The notes beneath the pieces are model-generated. The model was not told the origin of the DNA and made no database searches. It worked only from the letters and a program-made list of their open reading frames with translations. A stretch of 64,000 bases of DNA from Isurus oxyrinchus (Eukaryota): the NCBI GenBank assembly GCA_026770705.1, contig JANJGN010000007.1:108934001-108998000 (forward strand). Reading direction: 5' to 3'. Made by a program: the position numbers and the translations under genes. Shown here in pieces: positions 52,843-63,425 of this stretch. Position 1 is the first letter of the stretch. Each line of letters opens with the position of its first letter.

Positions 52843-55800
52843 GTACGTCTTTATTCATTGACTCAGCTGCTTTAATTTATAGAATGCTTTCGGAGCTCCA
52901 ACACATTGAGCGAATTATTCGTAATTCCCCTATCTGGTTAAATGCTTCTCTTCTCGTTCTTTATGTCACATCTGATACAATTACGTTCTACTTGATTATA
53001 TTCCTCACAGCCTCGGACGACACTTCATCCAGTGTAACTCAAACGCCTCGAGAAGTGACTGTAATTAATGGGAGGGACATTACCTTCTACTGCACGTTCC
53101 CCCTCTCTCAGCACCATTCTTTGGTAAAAGTAAATTGGTGGAAGCAGGATGAGAATGAATACCTTCACACAAGGGGCAGTCGTAGAAGGCGATTTGGCGT
53201 GGAAAATGAAAACAGGGCTTTCTTTCAGTTGTTGGCCGCAACATTCCAAGGCTCTGGAGTTTCTCTCTGCGCAGTGGTCCGTCAAGGAATAGGCCTAAGA
53301 AATGGTACCGGATCTAATCTAATTGTGCATGGTAAGTCTGGAATATTGGAGAGCGAGAATATCGTAAATATATCGAACATAACAAACAGGAATTTTTTGT
53401 GATTGCTTATTTCATCGATTTTGGCGGAATAATCATGACTATTCATACTGTGCACGATAACCTAAATTACATATGCACGCTTTCTTAAAGAATTAACGAA
53501 TCGCCATTCGATGTCATTTGCAGGGTGCTGCAAGCTACATACATGTTAACCTATTAGATTATAAATCCAAAGCCAGTTTATAAACCAGATTATTATCGCG
53601 CAATTTTCGATCATATGAATTCCTGAAAATCGTTTAAATTATGCACGGCTCATAGACTATTTTTAATGTCCTGGCTACCTACTTCGTTCTCTCAGCGATT
53701 GAACATTCCTGAAATTAATTTCCATGTTATGTTTGGATCGCTGAGTTGAGAATCAGTGTACAACGAACCGTTATATGTGGAACATAAGAACTAATAGCTG
53801 AAGTAGGCAATTCAGCCCCTAGAGCCTGCGGCGTCATTCAATACTTTCATGGATGATCTCATTTCGGCCTCAGTTCCAATTTCCCGCCCTCGTCCCGTAC
53901 CCTTTCAACCTGTTACCAATTAGAAATCTGTATACCTCTCCTTAAATTTATTCAGCGCCCCGGTATCCACTGCACTCGGAGGTAGTGAATTCCACAGATT
54001 CACGACCCTTTGAGAAATGCAATTCCTCCTTATCTCTGATTTAACTCTACCACGCCTTAGCCTAATGCAATGGCCTCTCGTTCTAGAATGCCCCAGAAGG
54101 GGAAACATCCGCTCCACATCCCCTTTCGCATCTGATAAACCTTAATTAGATCTCCTCTCATCCTTCTAAACTCTAACGAGTATACGCCTAAACTGCTCAA
54201 TCTCTCCTCATAAACAAGCCCCGCATCTCTGGAATCATTCCAGTGAACATCCTCTGAACCGCCTCCAACGGGACTACATCCTTTCTCACGTAAGGGGACT
54301 AAAACAGTGCACAGTACTCCAGGTGCTGTCTCGCCAATGCCTTGTATAGTTGCAACAACCCTGCACTATGTTTATACTTTATTCCTTTAGCAATAAATGC
54401 CAAAATTCCACTTGCCTTCCTTATTACCTGCTGTACCTGCATACTAGATTTCAGCAATTCATGCAAGAGGATATTGAGATCGTTCTGCACTGAAGCATTC
54501 TGAAGTTTCTCTCCATTTAAATATAAGTCGCCTTTTTATTCTACCGACCAAAATGGATAACCTCAGACCCTTCCACGTTAAACTCCAAATTTTGGCCATT
54601 TCAGCTAACCTGCCCATATCCATTTGTAAATTGTTTATTTCTTCATGGCAAAGTAATTTCCCACCTATTTTGGTGTCATCTGCAAAGTTAGTATAGTGTC
54701 TTACATCCCTCAATCAAAGCCATTAATATAGATTTTAAGTAGTTGGGGCCCAGGGACAGAACCCTTTGGTGCCCCACTAGTAACAGCTTGCCATCCATTA
54801 AAATACTCATTTATCCAGATCATCTGCTTTTTGTTGGATAACCAATCCTCTATCGAAGCTATTATATTGTGATCTTAACTTGTGCATTAACCTTTTGTGC
54901 GCACCTGATCAAAGGCCTTCTGGAAGTCCTGATATTCTACATCCCATTATCTACTTTGCTTGTCACATCTTCAAAGAACTCTAGCAAATTAGGAAAGCAC
55001 GATTTACTCTTCATAAAACCATGCTGACACTGATTGATTGCATTTTGACTTTCAAAATGACCCAACACTACTTCTTTAATAGTGGATTCCAACAATTCCC
55101 CAAAGACAGACGTTAAACTATTTGGTCTATAGCTTCCTACTTTCTGCCCAGCCCCCGCCCCCGCTTTTTTTTGGAATGAGGGCGTTACATTAGCCTTTTC
55201 ACAATCCACTGGAACCATTCCAGAATCCAGGGAATTTTAGAATATTATAGCCAATACAACCATATTCTCCCTGCCACTTCTTTTAAGACCTTGGGATGTA
55301 GGCCATCAGGCCCTGTAGACTTGTCACCCAGGAAAATACAAATAGTTTGCTGAGTACTTTTTCTCTAGTGATGGTGATTGTTCTAAGTTCCTCCTTCTCT
55401 ATACTTTCTGCAATCCCTGTGCTAAGGAACATGCAACTTGAAGCACGGCGCGTTATAAAATCAATGTCGTGGGAAAAAAACAACACAGGTAAATTGCGCA
55501 AGCGAAAGCTCTTGTGGTTGAACCGAATTGCATTTATTTCTTCCATTGCAATGTTTCGACTGCGAAATCTGTCTGACACCAACTAAGTCCCCATTTTATC
55601 ATCAACAACGAGCAGTTTGATTGCCACGGACTATTGATTCTTAACAAATACAAGCGACTCCAAGCGCAGAGTTGCCTCCTCCACATACACCCCGTAGACA
55701 CACGCCCCTCACCCCACTGCCCACAACACCCCACCCCACCACCAAAGTTGATTTGTTTACTTCCTTGGATAATGTCCCCAAACATTGATAATGTTGCGAC

Positions 55801-58800
55801 CTCTCTGCCGAGCAACTCAAATATTTACTTCCGATGCTGCCCATTAACTCGTCTTTGTTTATTCTTCGTTCTGCAGTTGCTCCAGTCCCACTCAATTTTG
55901 TCTCCCGGTTCCATGACGTAAATTCTTCGGCTTCTTTGACACTCCTGTGTAAAACAGCTGCATTTTACCTGGAGAATTTGAAAGTCATTTGGTATAAAAA
56001 TAACGCCGAAACTACCTTTGGAATACACACAAGTAAAATACAGAACAATGACGGATTGTATGAAGTTTCCAGCTCTTTGGTTGAGACGCAGCAACTCCTG
56101 AGTGATACTAAGTATAGCTGTTCAGTATCTCATGTCTCCCTCAAGACTCCAGCTGTCGTCGTCCACACTATTTCTAAATTCAATCAAGTTACAAGGTCAA
56201 CAATTGAAAAAGGTGAGTCAGCGACATTTAAGTCGGCAAATAGATATAACGTGGAAGTGCTACTTATTAATAATAATGAAGCTAGTCCACATTAATCTCA
56301 TATTAAATACCAACGAAATCGTGGAATTCATGTATAATATTAATTGGGTCCATGTATTGCAAAATTGGTCAAGCCTTATTTGCGTGCAAATTCCTTCATT
56401 TAACACATGAAAATTACAAACGGGAGTGATCTGTTCTATCCCTTTTCCACCTCGCATTGTTAAGAATTATTCAGTTTCGTTTACTCCCATGTTGAAACCG
56501 TTCTATCCTTAACTAGTGCCTGCTTTCCTTGCACCGTCACTATTGCTAAGGAACTGCACCCATATTGTTTTCACTCGAGATTCTCCCACTGCAGCTGGCG
56601 ATTCTGACTCTGTTTTGGTTACACCCAGTGCAGAATTCTGAGATTAACCCATTTGACAACTTTTAACCTTTACCCCTCTACGGCATGTTTAATTGGCACC
56701 TATCTCATAAACCTCATTTAAACTTTGCCCGCAACTTGGCTAGAGTGCAGCTGATTCATTGCATCTTGTAAACATCCTTTACCCCGCGAAACAATAATTA
56801 ATAAACTTTCGTCTTTAGGTCACCTTTGTTGTTCGCTTTGATAAACATAATTCATTTAATTGGAAATGGGACTCCCAACCGATTGCTACAACCCAGAATT
56901 TTGTGAAACCAGCGAAGAAGCACTTGTCAAAAAAGTCAAGAACAAGAAAAAATATTTTGGTTATGTTTTCTGCCTCTCCTAAAACAGTGTTCACAAGGAT
57001 CAAGTACTGGGGCATCAACTTTTTTACAATGTATTTGAATGACTTGGATGAGGGGGCCGAAGATGTGGTTCCTAGATGTGGTTTCTAAGTTTTTTGAATG
57101 CACACAGGCAGGAAAGTAAGTTTTGAAAAAAACATAAGGAGGCTACAAAGGGATATAGACAGGTGAAGTGAGTGGGCCAACACCTGGAAAATGGAGCATT
57201 ATGTGGGAAATGTGAAATTGTGCATTTTGGCAGAACCAATTAAAAAGAAGCATAGTATCTAAATATTGCAGAGGTCGAAGATGCAGAGGGATCTGGATGT
57301 CCTAGTGCATGAATCTCAATACCTTAGTGTGGAGATAATGCATACAATTAGTGAAGGGGATAGAATGTTATCGTTTAATGCGTGGGGAATTGAATACGAT
57401 AGTAAAGAGGTTTTGCTAAAGTTGTACAGGGCACTGGTGAGGCCACATCTGGGTTACTGTGTACATTATTAATGTCCTTATTGAAGGAAGGATGCAAATG
57501 CATTGGGAGCAGTTAGCGAAGGTTTACTGCAATTACCTGGAATTGGGGGGCTGTCCTGTGAGGAAAGGCTGGACACACTAAACAAGAGGCTTGTATCCGC
57601 TGGTATTTAGAAACATAAGTGGCGACTTGATTGAAACATATAAGATCCTGCGGGGTCTTGACAGGGTGGATGTGGATAGGACATTTCCTCCTGTGGGGGA
57701 ATAGAAAATTAGCTGTGAATGTTTTAAAATAAGTGGTCTCCCATTTAACACAGAGATGAATGTTTTTTCCCCTCACAGAAGATAGAGTGTCTCTGAAGCT
57801 ATCTTCCTCAAATGGAGGTCGAAGCAAGCCTTTCAAAAAATTTTAAGGCAGAGCTAGATACATTCTTGATAAGCAAGGGGTGAAAGATTATCCGTGGAAG
57901 GAGGGAATATGGAGTTGAGGTTACAGTCAAATCAGCCATGATCTTATTGAATGGCGGAACAGATTCTAGGAGTCAAGTGGCCTACCTTTGTTCCTAATTC
58001 GTATGTCCGTATGAATGGTTATTCGTGATTTGTGATCCATAAACTGAAAGTTTCGCTCGCACATTAACTCAGAATGCATCATCTATTTGATGAAGAAGTT
58101 ACTTCAATATTTGTAGTATAAATAATATTTGGTATTTAAACATTAGAATTGCTGACAAAAGAGACATATCTTGCTCTCATCAGAAGAACATTGGTAAGAA
58201 TACCAAATAAAGGGGGGAAACAACATTTTATACTTTATGAGAGAGTGTGGTGATCGGTTTGAAAGTGGCGTTGCCATGGAGAATGCACAACTGATGGTGA
58301 CTGACATTTAACTTCCAAGCATTATTTGAAACTTAAACCAGGCAGCTTGAACCCGATTTTTCAAAGCATTGCCCTGAGGATGTGGCAGCGAATGGCCGCC
58401 ACTTATCTTGTTTGGTGAAACAGCCGCAAAGTACGTACATGTTATTTCTGTCTACAACGAACAGGACTCTGTGTATTAACGTATTTAGCTTCCAGTACTT
58501 GCAAATGCGCCGCACTGCAAGCGCGACTGACAATGTTAAATTGGTTGTCACAGAAATTCATAGCAAATTGAGGATTATTATGCAAATGTTGTCCAATCCC
58601 AGAAACACATCTAATGTTGGATAAAAACAAAAAAACTGCAGATGCTGGAAATCCAAAACAAAAACAGAATTACCTCGACAAACTCAGCAGGTCTGGCAGC
58701 ATCAGCGGAGAAGAAGAGATTTGACGTTTCGAGTCCTCATGACCCTTCAACAGAACTGATGTTGGATACTGTGTTTTGGGTTTCGCGAGCACAGGCTGAT

Positions 58801-61800
58801 TGGGTATAGTCTGTACCTTGCCCGTTGTGAACAGCGACTAGAGTATGCTGTTTGAGACAATCCACCAGCCTTTGGGACATTCAGTCTATATACCTAGGAT
58901 CACACTAGCACTGACATTCATACACGACATTACTCATTTGTGTGATGGGCAGAACGTCTTTTTGGCTTGATGACAGCATCCTTTTATTGGCGAATGCCAC
59001 TCGTGTTGCTATTACATAGCAGCTACGGGAAACAGCTAGCTTCACCTGTTGCTCAAATTTTTGAATTACTTTGCCCTTCCATAATGATCTGAGGTAGACT
59101 GGGCACATTTCAGGGCCGATAGTGATGGCCTTAGGCTAGTTCATGAGTTTGTGTGATACACACAGCGAAATTATCTGGTCAGGGTAGCAATTGACCTGCA
59201 GGATGCATTAGATGCGTCCTATTTCAGATTCAAGTTTATATGGTGAGGAAATGTCTCGGGCCCTATTTACAAGGTTGCCAATAAAACCAATCTTATAGTG
59301 TGTGGAACTGTAAGAATCCCAACGCGTATATTGACCTGTAAAGGTAGGTTTACGGTAGACTGTGGTAGAGAACCCCCTGGAAGATTTCTCAACTAGGACT
59401 TCAAGAAAAGGGAGTTCATGTGACTGTTCCATTTCATGGACGAATTTCAGCGCTAGATACAGCCCATTAAAACATGAAAGGAAATTGTTACATGCAGCTC
59501 TGTATTTAAATATAGCAAACGTCTCATCCACATATCGGAAATATGCGAGGGGTAGGAAGACAGGTGTCATTGCATCGAAGACACGTTTCTCAAGAAACAG
59601 ATAAAGGTGTTTGCGAGAGCTGGGCCTAGAGGGGATCCCACAGCAGCACATTATATTTGGTCATACATTATGTCATTAAAACTGAACTCAACTGCGCGAT
59701 TTGCCGATTTCATAAGTTCAATGAATATTGAATCACGCAATGGTGAGCGGACTAGATGATACAGTGCTGCAGCGGAAATATTTATGGCTTCCTTAAGTCG
59801 TAAAAAGGCTAGCAATATCAAATGAGCATATGGGGACATCATTGCTATCGTTATGCAAGTCCTGCATGGCTTTCGCAAATGTGAAGGAACCCTTCACTGT
59901 GTATATGGAAAACTTGGTCAAAAGTGGTTGTAACAGTTCACCCAACCATTTGGTCAATTCATGTTGCACAGAACTGGGCATAGAAAGGATGGGGCGTAGA
60001 GGGACATCGCTTTTTATGTGTCTTGGGCAGCCCATACATACGTGGACAAAGATGACTGTGAGGACGAACCCAGTCATATGTATCACGTGGTAGCTCATCG
60101 CTCTTGCACAACGAAAACAAGTTTTCAGCTTACTTTCGAGTAAGGCTGTCAGGTAATGTTGCGCGTCAGATCCAATGGATGCAAATTTGGAACAGTTACT
60201 AGGAATGGCGTGCATTTTGCTGATATAGTCACGCTTGTTGAGGATGACTATTCTAGTCAGGTTTACTGATGTCTATGTCCGGGCTGGTCTTAAGAGCTCG
60301 CAACGCTGTAAGAAAGTCGCGTCGCAAGCTTAGGCCTGTCTCTTTTTTCAGCAATGTTCCAGTTCTACGCTACCAAAGAGCTATGTATTTAAACTTTCTT
60401 ACTGCCGTTCAATACCACGGTTTTATTGAAAGCATCGTCATAGATTAAGCAGTAAACTATCTTGAGATCTATGTTTACGCAACGCCAGCCAAAACGTAAT
60501 GTTCCTCTTAATATGGCAGACAATATCCATAATGCTGTCGCCTTCTGAGCCCCAGTTTGTGCAATAGCGGGACTGGCGTTTCTCGTGTTAGTGCTTGTCA
60601 CTGGAACGCGCCGCCGACTTCAGAATAATGACGGTAAGATCTACTGTTAATATTAGTGTTTACGGCAAACCTCAGGACACCAGGTAACATGGAAGGCGGT
60701 GGTAGTGGTGGCAAGATAATTCGAGCAGCAGTTATATTGAAAACAGTGTAGTTTCTTTTTCGGGAAGCTCGGATGGATGTCAACGCGTTTTTTAACGCCG
60801 AAATGCTCACAGTTCGGAATCAACATGGAAAATAATTTCGCGGGGAGAAAGTTCCAGCAGAAATTTCCTCATGGCAACATGATAAATAAAATGGAACCTG
60901 ACAGGCAATCATTTTCCAACTTATTCTGTTATCGATACTCAACTAGTTGAGGTTGGTCTTTTGAAGATTCCGCCCGGGAATTGTTCTGTACTTAGGAACG
61001 TGAGAAACAGGGAACAGGTCAGCCCTAAGAACCTCTTGCCTGTACCGCCAAGCAGTAAGTTCGTTGCTGAGCTTCTAACTCAAAAGTGTTATTACCATAA
61101 AATTGATTCACATCAACAAAGTCTTAAAAGTCACACGGACTCGAAACGTTAACCGTATTCCTCTCCGCAGATGCAGTCAGACCTGCTGAGTTTTTCCAGG
61201 TATTTTTTTTACCTGTTTTTCTTTTGGTTTGCAGCATCTGCAGTTTTTTGCTTTGAACTTTATTCTCTTGTTGTCTACAAAGATGTCCTTATTTTCCGAA
61301 AAACATCTAAAATAAAATCAATGCTGAGCGCGACAAATGCCGGGATTTTAACACTGCCGGCAAAGTCAAAAATTTATCTTATTTTCGACACTAGGCAAGC
61401 CGTCTCAATCTCTGTCATAGGAATTGAGTAAATAATTCAAGCATTCAAAGTCAACTTTCACTCGTTTCCAGGTAAAAAAGAACGTGCAACGGGGCCGAGC
61501 CGCCATGAGGAATTGGTGAGTTCATTCATTCATCCGGACAGGTGATTGGGATGACAAGAAAGATTAATGTAATGAAAGAAAATCACAATCGCGTCAGAAC
61601 AGCGTAAATCTACTAATTGAAGACTATTTATTCGGCGTCAGTGAGTTCTTCAAATCGAGGTTAGAATTAAACTTGGCAACAATTGCGTTACTGGGCAAGA
61701 GTGTTAATTGGATAAAAGAAAAACTGCTCATTTCTGTGAAAATACGCCTAAGTAATTAAGTCTACAGTTTAGCTCATTCCTTAGATTTGAAAATAAGTTT

Positions 61801-62244
61801 GCCTAAAACTCCGCTCATTTAAACAACTCTGCAACTTTGTGTTGGAGAATGAACATTAAGAAGCTTAAATATTAGTTATAGTGATCATCGTGCATTAATA
61901 TTGTATTCAGATAAATATATATGAATTATGGGTTCTGCAATTGATTTCGAGCCTGGAGCAATCGGCGCAATGTTTCATTATTTGCACTAAGACTGGTGAA
62001 GGGAAAGAATTAGCCACTTGACCAAACCTTTTGCTTCTGGTCTTTGCAGGGAGCAGCCGCTGAGACTGTGTGCTATGCTGCATGGAAATTCAGCAGAGCT
62101 GGGAAAACTACAGGACATAAACGTGAAGAGGAGAGAAGCATGTGCGTTCAGGTAGCTCTGAGCAACAGATGCAGAATCATAGATGATCAGGGTAACATCA
62201 ACATTCATGAGATAAAGGAAGGCATTTTCTTTTGTTGGCTTTGA
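52788..62244 (+). CDS. IgSF receptor gene copy 3 (leader-V(J)-C1-TM-cyt-cyt; SIRP/NKp30/VJ-C1-like), 6 exons, in-frame TGA before the TM helix
   Basis: Exons are 52788-52842, 53011-53331, 55877-56212, 60520-60633, 61472-61515 and 62050-62244. All have AG/GT boundaries with compatible phases (1,1,1,1,0). They total 1065 nt, giving 354 aa if the TGA at 60546 were read through and 246 aa up to that stop. Confidence 0.8.
53011..53331 (+). CDS. Copy 3 exon 2, V-set Ig domain with germline-encoded J-like G strand
   Basis: Acceptor ttcctcacag|. Translates as VTQTP...ITFYC...VNWWK...FQLL...GSGVSLC...NGTGSNLIVH. Donor G|gtaagt. Confidence 0.9.
53780..55410 (-). mobile_element. CR1 LINE remnant in the V-C1 intron of copy 3
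   Basis: CQHGFMKSKSCFPNLLEFFEDV, NFADDTKIGG, LYKALARQHLEYC and SQRVVNLWNSLP. Confidence 0.9.
55877..56212 (+). CDS. Copy 3 exon 3, C1-set Ig domain
   Basis: Acceptor ctgcag|. C1 signatures LTLLC..AFYL...VIWYKN, NNDGLYEVSSSL and YSCSVSHVSL. Donor AAG|gtgagt at 56213. Confidence 0.9.
56990..58010 (+). mobile_element. CR1 LINE 3' fragment in the C1-TM intron
   Basis: QRDLDVLVHES, LYRALVRPHLGYCV and a CR1 3' UTR. Confidence 0.88.
58128..60377 (-). mobile_element. Penelope-like element (RT + GIY-YIG) with inverted terminal pLTR fragment
   Basis: PLRPILSM, CSFDIASLFT, YFRYVDETF, LPFLEVLV, TTVYRKPTFTGQY and MSNVVYECQC. Inverted repeat at 58148-58166 / 60337-60355. Confidence 0.9.
58624..58758 (-). 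mobile_element. Hammerhead-ribozyme-bearing short insertion nested in the Penelope element
   Basis: 10-bp TSD ATGTTGGATA (58614-58623 / 58759-58768). The minus strand reads AGUU-CUGUUGA-A-GGGUC-AUGAG-GACUC-GAAA-CGUC-AAAU. Confidence 0.75.
60520..60633 (+). CDS. Copy 3 exon 4, stalk/transmembrane exon with premature TGA (60546-60548)
   Basis: gcag| then DNIHNAVAF*APVCAIAGLAFLVLVLVTGTRRRLQNND, then G|gtaaga. Phase 1-1, with an uncharged hydrophobic helix followed by an RRR stop-transfer signal. Confidence 0.8.
61126..61252 (+). mobile_element. Truncated copy of the same HHR-type short repeat
   Basis: agtcacacggactcgaaacgttaac...cagatgc..cagacctgctgagtttttccagg. The CUGANGA core is missing. 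Confidence 0.65.
61472..61515 (+). CDS. Copy 3 exon 5, short cytoplasmic exon GKKERATGPSRHEEL
   Basis: Pyrimidine tract ctcgtttccag| and donor TTG|gtgagt. Phase 1 to 0 links exon 4 to exon 6 exactly. Confidence 0.65.
62050..62244 (+). CDS. Copy 3 exon 6, terminal cytoplasmic exon with degenerate ITIM-like motifs (VCYAAW; SMCVQV)
   Basis: tctttgcag| then GAAAETVCYAAWKFSRAGK...TGA. Aligns with 6336-6418 of copy 1. Confidence 0.7.
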   Translation, partial: GAAAETVCYAAWKFSRAGKTTGHKREEERSMCVQVALSNRCRIIDDQGNINIHEIKEGIFFCWL

Positions 62245-63239
62245 TCGAGTGATGCATCGACGTTTATTTATTGCGTTCTTCGGATGGCCGTTTTGAGCAG
62301 CAGAGCACAAAAATTGCAAAATGACAAATTAATAATATATCCAAATATTGGCTTCACAGATCCAACAAGGGGCAGTCGATCACAAGTTCCAGCATTGACT
62401 CGTTCAGTAAAAGCAGGATTTACAACAATAAGGGAACAAGTACAGCGTATGCTAAACTGAAAATTGGATTGGAAAGATAAGTAACAAGCGACTTACGCAG
62501 AAGCAGGAAAGAAATCAGCAACAGGCATTTAGATGCAGGAGACAATTCCCTCATGTGTATGTATCGCATCCACCCCCCCACCCCCCCCCCCCCCAAGAAC
62601 AATTTCAGGAGTATGTGTACGATGTGACAATCACCCTTCCGAGAGCTAACGCATTACATGATATATCAGATATCGTACTTATTACACGCTGGTCAATTAT
62701 TCCATTAATTCTCTTTTAGCTGCTGCTCAGAAGAAAGTGGCCTTCTTGACTTACTTTATTTTTAGATCTGCATTGTTCAACCCTTTCGATTACAAGTGAC
62801 ACGATAAGAGCATTACTCCATTCAATTATCATCATGCGTAAACTGGATAAAAATACATTATGTTCCATCACATATTATTAGAACGATTCCATACCACCGA
62901 CCCACCCTGCATACACCCCCGCCCCCACCACTACCCCACCCCCCCCCCCGACCCCCTGCGCCCCATTATTTTTCGAGCGTTAAATTTGTTGAAATTTATA
63001 TATTGCGTTAAAGCCTTGTGAATTGTAGGCCAGTGGACGCTCGGCATGTGGCACGGGTGACGCTCGAGTGTATGTTCCCAGCATTAACCTAACGCAAGTA
63101 ACTTGAAGTTGCCCCCAAAACATGTATCTACCAACGCGGTCACGTGAAATCACATAATCTTAAAGCACAGAAGGAGGTGATGCGAGACGTTGTGCAATAC
63201 ATTTTTAATAATGTATCCAATTAGTTGCATCAATATATT

Positions 63240-63425
63240 AGCAAAATGCTACGGATGCTGGGAATCTGAAATAAAAACAGAATAAAAGTAGAAATGTTCA
63301 GCAGTTCCGGCAACATGGGAGGAGAGAGAAAAAGAACCAGGGGACATTTAATCAGAATTGCCCATAGGATGTTGCTAGAGCTATTGAGTATTTCCAACAT
63401 TGTCTGTTCTTTTTATTTCTGTTAG
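63240..63425. repeat. Inverted pair of degenerate PLE-pLTR/HHR-family repeat fragments
   Basis: ggatgctgggaatctgaaataaaaacagaa...cagcagttccggcaacat, followed by gatgttgct..gagtatttccaacattgtctgtt in the opposite orientation. Confidence 0.5.

Noticed and set aside
53011-53400. Rearranging Ig/TCR V segment with an RSS
   Set aside because: The G strand and splice donor are in the same exon and no CACAGTG/ACAAAAACC follows. The lone nonamers at 7575 and 26571 lack heptamers at 12/23 spacing.
52770-53402. The 210-aa ORF as a single-exon gene
   Set aside because: It is leader + intron + V exon read through. Splice sites are conserved with copies 1 and 2.
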